Shown here: in pieces, positions 7,905 to 15,531 of the stretch
Layout of the letters: each line of letters begins with the position of its first letter
How positions within the stretch are numbered: position 1 is the stretch's first letter
Assembly (NCBI RefSeq): GCF_018336915.1
Contig: NZ_CP064923.1
Coordinates: forward strand, 360,001-392,000
DNA: 32,000 nt
DNA from: Acaryochloris marina S15
Lineage (GTDB): Bacteria > Cyanobacteriota > Cyanobacteriia > Thermosynechococcales > Thermosynechococcaceae
Reading direction: 5' to 3'
Notes under the pieces: model-generated
Database searches by the model: none
The model's input: the letters and a program-made list of their open reading frames with translations, nothing else
Told to the model about the DNA's origin: nothing
Position numbers and translations under genes: made by a program

Positions 7905-9851
7905 CTAACGAGGAGAAACAGGCATTTTGGTTTGATATCCAGGTACTAACTTCTGGAGTAAAGACCGAATTTCCATTGAATCGTTAATAGATGCAGATTG
8001 TAGTAGATCAGCAACACTTTGCAATAGGTGGCTGGGAATATTTTTGCTAGCGTTTTTGACCACTAGCAACTTTTCATGTCCAGTCTTTCGATACTCTTCA
8101 TCGGGCAGAAATAACTCTTCAAAAAGTTTTTCGCCTGGCCGCAAACCTGTGTAAGAGATTTCTATATCCTTTCCGACCTGGTAACCCGATAGGCAAATAA
8201 GATCCTTCGCTAAATCTACGATTTTTACAGGTTCACCCATATTCAGCATCAATATCTCCCCACCAGGGCTCATAACCACTGCTTGGAGGACTAATTGAAC
8301 TGCTTCTGGGATAGTCATAAAATATCGACAGATGTCTGGGTGAGTGACTGTGACAGGTCCACCAGCCGCAATCTGTCGTTTGAATGTGGGAATCACACTC
8401 CCTCTACTTCCCAGAACATTACCAAATCGAACTACGACAAAGGGAAGTCCGCTGGTTTGGGCTGCTTTTAGCACGATCATCTCAGCAATACGCTTGCTAG
8501 CTCCCATCACATTGGTAGGGTTGACGGCTTTGTCCGTAGAAATCATGACAAAATGCTGCACACCAAATTCAACTGCCAAATCAGTTAATGCTTTGGTCCC
8601 TAAGACATTATTGGTGATAGCTTCAGGCGCATTATTTTCCATCAGAGGCACATGCTTGTGGGCTGCCGCATGAAATACGACTTCTGGCTGATACTCTTCA
8701 AAGGCAAATCGTAAGCGAGAAGGGTGTCTCAGATCTGCAATAAAAGGTCTAAGCTTAGGCATTGATACATCAGTTTCTGCAATGCCTTGATGATTTTGGT
8801 ATGCAGCCTGATATTGAAGAAGTTCTTGCTGTATCTGAAACACAGAGTTTTCTCCATGTCCCAGCAAAATAAGTTCTGACGGTGCACAGCGCAAAATTTG
8901 TCGACAGAGTTCGCTGCCAATAGATCCGCCGGCTCCAGTCACTAATACTCGTCGACCCCTAAGGAGCTGGCGAACTCCTTGTATATCTGTCTGGATAGGG
9001 GCACGACGGAGAAGATCTTCAATCTGCACTTCTCGAATGCTATTTTGTAAGTCGTGCTGACCTACTAACACATCTTGTAACGCGGGTAAGGTTAAAGTCT
9101 CAACCCCAGTCATCTGACACAATGCAACGATATCTCGTAGGTTTTGGCCTGATAGAGAGGGCATGGCAATAATCACAGTCTGAATATGCCAAGATTTAAT
9201 AGTATCTGGGATAACATTCCGATTCCCAACGACTGGTAATCCTCGGATCCTCAAATTTAATTTGGCAGGGTTGTCATCGACAAAAGCGATAGGCAGTAAT
9301 CCAATATGGGGGCTTCGTTCCAGCTCCTGGACGAGCGCAACTCCTGCATTGCCCGCTCCTACAACTAATGCTCGCTTCCTCAAGTCTCTGCGTTCAGATG
9401 TTTCATTTTGGCGCTTTCTCCGTTCTATAGCCCGGACACTAAACCTTATACCGCCAATGATCAATAAGGTGAGCAGACCGTCAAGAAATGGCAAAGATCG
9501 TGGCAAAGATAAAATGGAAAGCGATTTTAGAACTGCAAACGCTAAAGTCTGCAAAATAACCGATGAGCCTGTAAGTACAGCAACATTACTCAGCTCATCA
9601 ATGCTTGCATAACGCCAGTAATGTTTGTAAAAACCACCCGATAAAAAAACAGTTAGCTTAATCACCATAAATAACAAGGTGACCAGTAGTAAATCGGCTT
9701 GGTATCGTTCAAAAGTCAGGATAAATCCCAGTGCGCTATCTAAGCGCAAGCTCAAGGCAAAAAGTGGGATAAATGAAAAGGCAATGACATCAACAAGCAA
9801 AAAGTGGCGATTTCTGAGATGCAGGCAGTAATTTCCTAACCTATCGATCAT
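7905..9851 (-). CDS. membrane-anchored nucleotide-sugar 4,6-dehydratase/epimerase (CapD/WbpM/PglF, Polysacc_synt_2 family)
   Basis: 648 aa with an ATG start. It has an N-terminal TM bundle and two Rossmann motifs ('LVVGAGNAG', 'VLVTGAGGSIGSEL'). 'HAAAHKHVP' and 'STDKAVNPTNVMGASKR' match the CapD/WbpM signature. It is the first gene of the minus-strand locus. Confidence 0.9.
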   Translation of the reverse strand: MIDRLGNYCLHLRNRHFLLVDVIAFSFIPLFALSLRLDSALGFILTFERYQADLLLVTLLFMVIKLTVFLSGGFYKHYWRYASIDELSNVAVLTGSSVILQTLAFAVLKSLSILSLPRSLPFLDGLLTLLIIGGIRFSVRAIERRKRQNETSERRDLRKRALVVGAGNAGVALVQELERSPHIGLLPIAFVDDNPAKLNLRIRGLPVVGNRNVIPDTIKSWHIQTVIIAMPSLSGQNLRDIVALCQMTGVETLTLPALQDVLVGQHDLQNSIREVQIEDLLRRAPIQTDIQGVRQLLRGRRVLVTGAGGSIGSELCRQILRCAPSELILLGHGENSVFQIQQELLQYQAAYQNHQGIAETDVSMPKLRPFIADLRHPSRLRFAFEEYQPEVVFHAAAHKHVPLMENNAPEAITNNVLGTKALTDLAVEFGVQHFVMISTDKAVNPTNVMGASKRIAEMIVLKAAQTSGLPFVVVRFGNVLGSRGSVIPTFKRQIAAGGPVTVTHPDICRYFMTIPEAVQLVLQAVVMSPGGEILMLNMGEPVKIVDLAKDLICLSGYQVGKDIEISYTGLRPGEKLFEELFLPDEEYRKTGHEKLLVVKNASKNIPSHLLQSVADLLQSASINDSMEIRSLLQKLVPGYQTKMPVSPR

Positions 9852-10762
9852 TGAGGTAAACCTTAAGAGGGAAAGTCTCGGTGCTACTTCAGTAGACTGA
9901 ATATTAAGGCGATGGGTTTCTTGTAGTGCATTTTCGAGGCTACTTTGGGCAAAAAGCTATTCTCTCCTGAATATAAAAGTTCACAAAGATTATACTGGAT
10001 TCTTAATTATTTTTCTCAGGACAATACAATGGCTCGGCTGACTAAACTGAAGCTGTGATTGAAGGAGGTAGATAAGTAAATCTAGATGAAACTAAATGCA
10101 TAAAATAACTCTATCAATGCAATTAGATTTAGAAATATATAGAGAATATTTTTTCAACGAAACCACTTGAGAATGGTCAATCATATATGAGAACATAAGC
10201 CCACCAATGAGTATCAGCTTGTTGATATAAAAGAGTACCTCAGAAACTAGATTGATTTAAAAGTTGAAGGGCTTGCAACTACTGCAGTGCAATACGGGTT
10301 ACCTATAACACTCATATATTTAATCAGAATTAATTTACCGAGATAATCATAATCGCATGATGGTTATTTATGGTTTGCCAGAGTTAAGTTGAGAATAAAA
10401 TGAATAGCTAGCGTATTAAAAATATATTTTGAGCTATAGCTACATTATCCTGCATGGTTTTATCTCACCCCAAACACGTGTCTCAGTCTATTGAAAATAC
10501 CAAATCATTTTTAATGTTATTTTAATTGCACTTACTCCTATCCCGACAAAAGAATGAATAGGGTGGCCAACTTGCATAATCTTTGCATGATGAATGTTTT
10601 TGAGCTGCTAGTCATATACAATCTTGAAACGGAAAGGGAGTAAGCAGGAATCTCTCAACTTTGGCCTATTAGTTAATCTCCAAGCCACGACTCATCTTGC
10701 TGATGAATAGTTGGGTGTTGATGAAGCAAGAAGATTTCGTCTTGCAATTTTGGAGGGATTAT

Positions 10763-10783
10763 ATCTATCCTACATTCAGCAGG
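10763..10783. repeat. IS left end: 6-bp target-site duplication (ATCTAT, 10763-10768) plus 15-bp terminal inverted repeat (10769-10783)
   Basis: Read directly from the sequence: ...GGAGGGATTAT[ATCTAT][CCTACATTCAGCAGG]CTAGC... Confidence 0.8.
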
Positions 10784-12533
10784 CTAGCTAGCAGAGCAGA
10801 TAATATTTTTTACAGCCCTTCCCAAGGAACGGCAAGATAAGTTGCTGCCTGCTGTTGAGCTTGATGAGATGCTTGGCACCATCAAGCCAAACTAAATGGA
10901 CGGCCTGAAAGCATTGGAGAATCCAACGTAACGTAGGTTTCATAGTTTGTTTCCCCTTCTGATTAGGGAGAGTTGTTTGTACTTGTTCTAGTGCATTTCT
11001 TAACTGTCGTTGTCCTAAGCTGTAGACCATCAAACACAAGGCCATGATCATGGCTAAGGCAGCGATACGCCGAGGTGTCTTCAGGAAAACACTAGAGGCA
11101 AAGAAGAGTGGATCTTTGATAAAGCGAAAGCCTCCTTCACACGCCTGCTGGTTCTTATACTCGCGCAGAATATCATCATTGCTCCATTGCTCTTGTTCCA
11201 AGAGATTGGTGGCTAAGATGAAACGACCTGCTTGCCGCCGATAGCGTTCGATGACTGGCTCATTGAGGGTTAAGGTAGCCTCAATAGAATAGGTGTAGTG
11301 AGTCACAACCGTTGCTTTTGTCGGTCGTCCAGCCTTTGAATAATGAGGTTTTTTGTGGATTTTGAGATCGTCAAGGGTGTGATACCTGAGGATTTTGCCA
11401 AAATCTTGGGCTGCAGCTAAAGCATCTGCAGGGCACAAGAAGGTCTGTTTGCAGAGGGTTTTAAGTGCAGTAGTTTTTTGGCTAAACGCCTGATCAATCC
11501 GCTTTTGCACTTGTTTGAGTCCAGAGTCTCTGCGAGCTTTACTTTCAACCACCAGCCACCGTTGTTGAATCTCTCCATAGGTACTACATACTTCGACAAA
11601 GCTATAGCCGTTGAGAGCACTGGGGTGAAACTGTGAACCCGGCAGCCCTTGTAATAAGTCTTGGGCTGCCGTTGAACTTGCTGGAACTCGGCTAATCCAA
11701 GATGTACTTCCTAATGCTTGCAGATTGTCGGCACTGTAGAGGGCACTATCAGCAACAATCACCTCTGGCTGTTGCTGACTCCACTGTTGCTTAAATTCAT
11801 GGATGATAGGCACAAACGTACTTTTGTCCGCATCATTACCGTTGCCCACTTGTAAAAATAAAGGAATACCCCCGTCCCCACTCACCAGTAGGTTCAATAC
11901 AAACTGCTTGAGATCACGACGATTGTCCCGTGAGTAGCCGTAGGTGATTTTCACGGGTATCGGCTCCTCTGATTCAGCCAGTGCAGGGGAGGGGGACTCA
12001 GGTGCAGAGGGGGATTCGTCTGACGCCTCAACCTGTGGTTTATCTAAGTATTGCCCCTCAACACTAAGGCTTGTCGCATCTAGATGCGCACACCTTAGAG
12101 CTACATCGAATTTCTGAACGACTGCCATTGCCACATGGATAAATATCTGGGTCACACCATAGGCATAGAGCTTGTCGAGGACTCGACCGATACGGGTATC
12201 GTTGAGGTGCTCTGGCAGTACACCTTGACCGAGTAAGTGCTCGGTTGCTTTGCTTTCGAAAAACTCACTAAATAAGTACAATGGAGCACTCAAAAAGCCC
12301 ATACCATTTAGAATCAGGGCTTTGACAACTTGACCACAACTAACATTCTCTTGCTCGTGAGTACCTAATAATCGATCCACTATTTCGACAATGCCGATCT
12401 CATCGACGATACCGGCAATAATACCGAGATGGTCAATATCCTGAACGTCTATCTCTTGAGGTGAATACATGGACTTGCGTTGAGAGACAACCTCAAAATT
12501 ATCCCTTGATGGTTAGTACCTGCTGAATGTCGG
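10769..12533 (-). mobile_element. insertion sequence, IS4-superfamily / IS1634-like, apparently intact (1765 bp)
   Basis: A single 560-aa transposase ORF is bounded by 15-bp terminal inverted repeats: CCTACATTCAGCAGG at 10769-10783, and the reverse complement of 12519-12533, which is CCGACATTCAGCAGG (14/15 match). The element is flanked by a perfect 6-bp direct repeat ATCTAT at 10763-10768 and 12534-12539. Confidence 0.85.
10788..12470 (-). CDS. DDE transposase, IS4 superfamily (IS1634-like, DUF4277-type N-terminus)
   Basis: 560 aa with an ATG start. The N-terminal 'DIDHLGIIAGIVDEIGIVEIVDRLLG....VSCGQVVKALILNGMGF' matches the N-terminal domain of IS1634-type transposases. 'YKNQQACEGGFRFIK' is a Y-x2-Q-x3-E-x6-K variant of the IS4 Y(2)R(3)E(6)K motif. 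No internal stops or frameshifts. Confidence 0.9.
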   Translation of the reverse strand: MYSPQEIDVQDIDHLGIIAGIVDEIGIVEIVDRLLGTHEQENVSCGQVVKALILNGMGFLSAPLYLFSEFFESKATEHLLGQGVLPEHLNDTRIGRVLDKLYAYGVTQIFIHVAMAVVQKFDVALRCAHLDATSLSVEGQYLDKPQVEASDESPSAPESPSPALAESEEPIPVKITYGYSRDNRRDLKQFVLNLLVSGDGGIPLFLQVGNGNDADKSTFVPIIHEFKQQWSQQQPEVIVADSALYSADNLQALGSTSWISRVPASSTAAQDLLQGLPGSQFHPSALNGYSFVEVCSTYGEIQQRWLVVESKARRDSGLKQVQKRIDQAFSQKTTALKTLCKQTFLCPADALAAAQDFGKILRYHTLDDLKIHKKPHYSKAGRPTKATVVTHYTYSIEATLTLNEPVIERYRRQAGRFILATNLLEQEQWSNDDILREYKNQQACEGGFRFIKDPLFFASSVFLKTPRRIAALAMIMALCLMVYSLGQRQLRNALEQVQTTLPNQKGKQTMKPTLRWILQCFQAVHLVWLDGAKHLIKLNSRQQLILPFLGKGCKKYYLLC

Positions 12534-12539
12534 ATCTAT
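12519..12539. repeat. IS right end: 15-bp terminal inverted repeat (12519-12533) plus 6-bp target-site duplication (ATCTAT, 12534-12539)
   Basis: Read directly from the sequence: ...GGTTAGTA[CCTGCTGAATGTCGG][ATCTAT]ATCGGATGACC... Confidence 0.8.
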
Positions 12540-12825
12540 ATCGGATGACCTACCTCTACTTAGAAGATCCCAACTCATCCTCGAATCTAAATCTGCTGCA
12601 TTTGCCTGGAAGGGAAGTCTGACACTATGATTTGTTGATTTCTTGGTCTTAGAGATATTCTGGCTTTCACAATGCTTGAGCTAGTGAAAATGATATCTAT
12701 AAAGATGTGCAAGAGCTAGAGATTAACAGTTAGCTGGGCAAATATCTATCAAAAAGCTTGTCAGAATGCCAGCCTGGGGCCAGTAATCAAGCCTTCTCAG
12801 AAGGGTAGGCACGTATTGACAGCCA

Positions 12826-12861
12826 AAGAGGCGCTAGTATTTGTCGATACTAGCGCCTCTT
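12826..12861. repeat. perfect 15-bp-stem hairpin (AAGAGGCGCTAGTAT / ATACTAGCGCCTCTT, 6-nt loop); possible minus-strand terminator
   Basis: 12826-12840 is the exact reverse complement of 12847-12861. On the minus strand the stem is followed only by a short TTTGG, so terminator function is uncertain. It lies ~230 nt downstream of the small lipoprotein gene in non-coding DNA. Confidence 0.4.
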
Positions 12862-12882
12862 CATCAAATTTGAAAGAGTATT

Positions 12883-12965
12883 AGTTGGACAGTGTAGGGA
12901 TCCATAATCAATTTGAGAAGAATAAACACTCAAATTTTTAAGTAGGATTTTAGAGCTGTCCAACT
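12883..12965. repeat. nested inverted repeats (outer 10-bp AGTTGGACAG/CTGTCCAACT; inner 8-bp AATTTGAG/CTCAAATT)
   Basis: The outer arms are 12883-12892 and 12956-12965. The inner arms are 12910-12917 and 12929-12936, followed by a T5 run on the plus strand. No ORF overlaps it. Confidence 0.4.
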
Positions 12966-13087
12966 GTTAGACTTTCGATCAAAATTTACTGCCAAGCTGT
13001 TTGAGCCGACTTGCCTGCGAGGAACACTTAGATCCGGTAAGTGATAACCAGATTACAGGACAATGCTGACTTGCAAACTGCTAGATC

Positions 13088-13231
13088 TTACTCAGCAGGT
13101 GAAGCTTCAGGGGAAGCTTCAGCTTCGGGAGAAGCCTCGGGGCTAGGAGACTCAGATGCGCTATCTGAGCAGGCACCCAAAAGGGTTGAAAAGCCAAGTA
13201 GAACGGCTAAAGCGGTTAGTTTGATTTTCAT
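13088..13231 (-). CDS. small (47 aa) putative lipoprotein with Pro/Glu/Ala/Ser-rich tail
   Basis: Not in the ORF track because it is under the size cut-off. Minus-strand translation: MKIKLTALAVLLGFSTLLGACSDSASESPSPEASPEAEASPEASPAE. It has a Lys-rich n-region, a hydrophobic core and the lipobox LLGA|C. A GAGGAG Shine-Dalgarno lies ~10 nt upstream of the ATG at 13231. The 97-aa plus-strand track ORF 13041..13334 is its antisense shadow. Confidence 0.55.
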   Translation of the reverse strand: MKIKLTALAVLLGFSTLLGACSDSASESPSPEASPEAEASPEASPAE

Positions 13232-13371
13232 TTGTTTCTTAACTCCTCACAGTGGAATTGATAAAAAAGAGCCACTTACTTGTATCAAGACTACGTTGAA
13301 TTTGCAACTTGTGCAGTTCAAAGCAGGATCATAGAAACATAGTAGTATGCGTCAGATGCTGGATTTGAGTG

Positions 13372-13421
13372 ATAAAGATAGATTGTCCAGGTTTCTTCAA
13401 AATCTGTCAATCTATCTTTAT
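13372..13421. repeat. 14-bp perfect inverted repeat (ATAAAGATAGATTG ... CAATCTATCTTTAT) with 22-nt spacer
   Basis: The arms are 13372-13385 and 13408-13421. It lies 60 nt downstream of the stop of the 13482-14159 gene and ~140-190 nt upstream of the small lipoprotein start. It could be a weak AT-rich terminator or an operator. Confidence 0.35.
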
Positions 13422-13481
13422 GTTTTTGACTATATTGACATTTAGTGATATATCCGGTTTGTTGATTGATTAACAGCATTC

Positions 13482-14159
13482 TTAGTCGCTGTTAGTTTCT
13501 AGTTGAATAGACCTTTGTTTGTTATGTAAGTACTCAAATACGCTTTTGTCACCAATATCTGGAGGAATGGGCTTCACAATTTTCCTAGATGCAAAAATCA
13601 TAAAAAGTACTGCCCAAGAACCTAACAGTACTTTTTCACCCATGAGAGGTAGCCAGTTGAGCCAATGTCCCAATAGCAATATAGGAACAACACCGGTCAG
13701 CAGCTTGGTCTCTCCATGATTGAAGCAAAAGGCTTCTTTAAAGAACACTCCAGTGAGTGCAACAAATAGCCAGCCTACACCAAAGAGATGGAGTGGCTGA
13801 GTATAAATGCTAGAGATGAGGGGAGAGGCTTGTGTGATGGCAATATAGATTGCAACTGAAAAGCCAATAGCCCAAAAAATCTGTAGGGTTCGATGTAAGA
13901 CACTCATGTAGATGTGAATGGTGGCTAAACTAACCCCGATTGCCACCGCAAAGCACATAAATAAACTCGTCAGCCATGACAAAACATAAGGTTGAGGGCC
14001 TAAAAGTAGAAACAGGATAGATCCGAGGGCAAAGCTAGAAGCTGCAATTAGCAGTGCTCCACGATAAATTACGACTTCTGTCCGATCGTCTTTAGAAATC
14101 GTAAATTCCCCAAAGTGGCCTTGATAAATGTCTGAGGTTGCTTCAAGGACAGAAAACAT
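13482..14159 (-). CDS. conserved integral membrane protein (possibly DUF2301-type), function unknown
   Basis: 225 aa with an ATG start preceded by AGGAG. There are about 6 hydrophobic segments. The N-terminal 'YQGHFGEFTISKDDRTEVVIYRGALL' and overall architecture recall the cyanobacterial/plant DUF2301 family. That assignment is from memory and needs an HMM check. Confidence 0.65.
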   Translation of the reverse strand: MFSVLEATSDIYQGHFGEFTISKDDRTEVVIYRGALLIAASSFALGSILFLLLGPQPYVLSWLTSLFMCFAVAIGVSLATIHIYMSVLHRTLQIFWAIGFSVAIYIAITQASPLISSIYTQPLHLFGVGWLFVALTGVFFKEAFCFNHGETKLLTGVVPILLLGHWLNWLPLMGEKVLLGSWAVLFMIFASRKIVKPIPPDIGDKSVFEYLHNKQRSIQLETNSD

Positions 14160-14294
14160 ATGTTAACTCCTGACTACTGAGGTTAGTATTCAAAGTTTTT
14201 TATCAGTACGTTTGGATGACTTAATCGACTATTGTAGCGGGTGTCTGTTATTGGGGCTTTTGAGTTCAACTGAGGGAACTGTCGGTGGCAAGAA

Positions 14295-15119
14295 TTACTG
14301 ATTGAGGTGGAGCTGTACCTGATCCCCTACCTTGCTATTCAAGATTTGATGCGCGGATCCCTTGGGGAGGGCTATTTCAAGCCATCCATGGCTACCAATC
14401 AGTGCTTTTAAGGTTGGATGATCTGCAGCCGTAGTGTAAGAGGTTGCACTGTGAATGCGATGCTGACCAATCTGTAGGCTCCAAGAGGAGTTTTGAATCT
14501 CGCTTGCCGGAATGTTGGTAATTATATTGCCGAAATAGTCAATAGCTTGAATATTGCCTGTGCCCCCATTGTGAGTGGGTTCCCAGGCATAAAGATTAGG
14601 TAGAGTTGCCAGTGACGAAACGGATAGCGTGGGGCCCAGGGCTTGAAGGGATAGACCTTGAGCTAAATAAGCAGCGGCTGGAGCAAAAATATCTCTGCCA
14701 TGGAAGGTGTTGCTAGGTTGTTTTGAGTACCAATATTGGCTGTTCGTCAGTTCAACGACTGAGATCGCATCGTCATACATCAGTACATGGCTAAATAAGC
14801 CATTGTCCGGGCCAATGAGTATGCTTGAAGGCATTTGGATAGCAATGGCTCGTCGATGGCTACCTACGCCTGGGTCAACGACTGCAACATGGATTGTGCC
14901 TGGCGGGAAATGTTGATAGGCATTGCCGAGCTGGAAACTACCAAAAGCAATATTGTGAGGGGGGACTTGATGGGTTAAATCAATGATGTGAGCCTGGGGA
15001 TGAATGCCAGCGATAACGCCTTTCATGATGCCGACATAGACGTCTTCTAGGCCAAAGTCTGTGAGGAGAGTGATTATTGGTGTTGACGACGAAATTGGCT
15101 GGCGAGGTGGATATAACAT
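14295..15119 (-). CDS. S-adenosyl-L-methionine hydroxide adenosyltransferase family protein (DUF62; fluorinase/chlorinase-related SAM hydrolase)
   Basis: 'ITLLTDFGLEDVYVGIMKGVI' and 'VAVVDPGVGSHRRAIA' are the family signatures. The track start at 15158 is TTG and abuts a terminator-like hairpin, so the first ATG at 15119 (MLYPPRQP...) is preferred. Confidence 0.82.
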   Translation of the reverse strand: MLYPPRQPISSSTPIITLLTDFGLEDVYVGIMKGVIAGIHPQAHIIDLTHQVPPHNIAFGSFQLGNAYQHFPPGTIHVAVVDPGVGSHRRAIAIQMPSSILIGPDNGLFSHVLMYDDAISVVELTNSQYWYSKQPSNTFHGRDIFAPAAAYLAQGLSLQALGPTLSVSSLATLPNLYAWEPTHNGGTGNIQAIDYFGNIITNIPASEIQNSSWSLQIGQHRIHSATSYTTAADHPTLKALIGSHGWLEIALPKGSAHQILNSKVGDQVQLHLNQ

Positions 15120-15154
15120 TTCCCTGGATAAGGATAGGAGAGCCTTGGATATAT

Positions 15155-15193
15155 GCAAAAACGAGCTGCTACAGAAAAGTGAACAGCTCGTTT
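15155..15193 (-). terminator. candidate rho-independent terminator after rpmA
   Basis: On the minus strand: AAACGAGCTG - 15-nt loop - CAGCTCGTTT, followed by TT (a 5-T run in total). The arms are 15184-15193 and 15159-15168. It lies 35 nt downstream of the rpmA stop. The loop is large, so confidence is moderate. Confidence 0.45.
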
Positions 15194-15227
15194 ATTAAAT
15201 TCTACAAGTGTGTTAGAGAGTGCAGCT

Positions 15228-15482
15228 CTATGCGGGATAGACGCTGACTTTTTTGCGGGATTTACCTTTGCGCTCAAAGGTCACAACGCCATCAACTGTG
15301 GCAAATAAAGTGTCGTCACTACCGCGACCAACATTGTTACCAGGATGAACCTTGGTGCCTCGTTGGCGAATAATGATGTTGCCTGCACGGACCACTTCAC
15401 CGCCGTAGCGCTTAACTCCTAAACGCTGAGAGTTAGAGTCCCGTCCGTTGCGGGTACTACCAGTTCCTTTCTTATGAGCCAT
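15228..15482 (-). CDS. rpmA: 50S ribosomal protein L27
   Basis: 84 aa. '[56 protein letters not shown]' is canonical L27. Confidence 0.97.
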   Translation of the reverse strand: MAHKKGTGSTRNGRDSNSQRLGVKRYGGEVVRAGNIIIRQRGTKVHPGNNVGRGSDDTLFATVDGVVTFERKGKSRKKVSVYPA

Positions 15483-15531
15483 AATTTCCTCGTGAATGCT
15501 TCAGGGTAAGATTTGAGATTATTGGGAATGA

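Noticed and set aside
2266-9612. Short track ORFs nested in or antisense to the polysaccharide genes (2266-2496+, 2351-2554-, 4194-4415+, 4363-4548+, 5150-5350-, 5190-5414+, 5457-5807-, 8344-8673+, 8729-8920-, 9262-9612+)
   Set aside because: All lie wholly inside longer ORFs that have clear family motifs. Their translations are low-complexity or Cys/Trp/Arg-rich with no recognisable domains. They are typical shadow ORFs.
11044-11620. Two 66-67-aa ORFs inside the transposase gene (11044-11244+, 11417-11620-)
   Set aside because: They are overlapped by the intact 560-aa transposase frame, and there is no evidence for a second IS gene or a programmed frameshift.
13095-13150. Tandem-like GAAGCTTCAG.. 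repeats considered as a micro-satellite or CRISPR-like repeat
   Set aside because: The repeats are short, imperfect and in frame. They simply encode the (S/E)PEA low-complexity tail of the small lipoprotein.
13041-13334. 97-aa plus-strand ORF from the track
   Set aside because: It has a non-ATG start, no RBS and a low-complexity translation (ASGEASGEAS...). It is fully explained as the antisense of a minus-strand small lipoprotein gene that has a signal peptide, lipobox and GAGGAG RBS.
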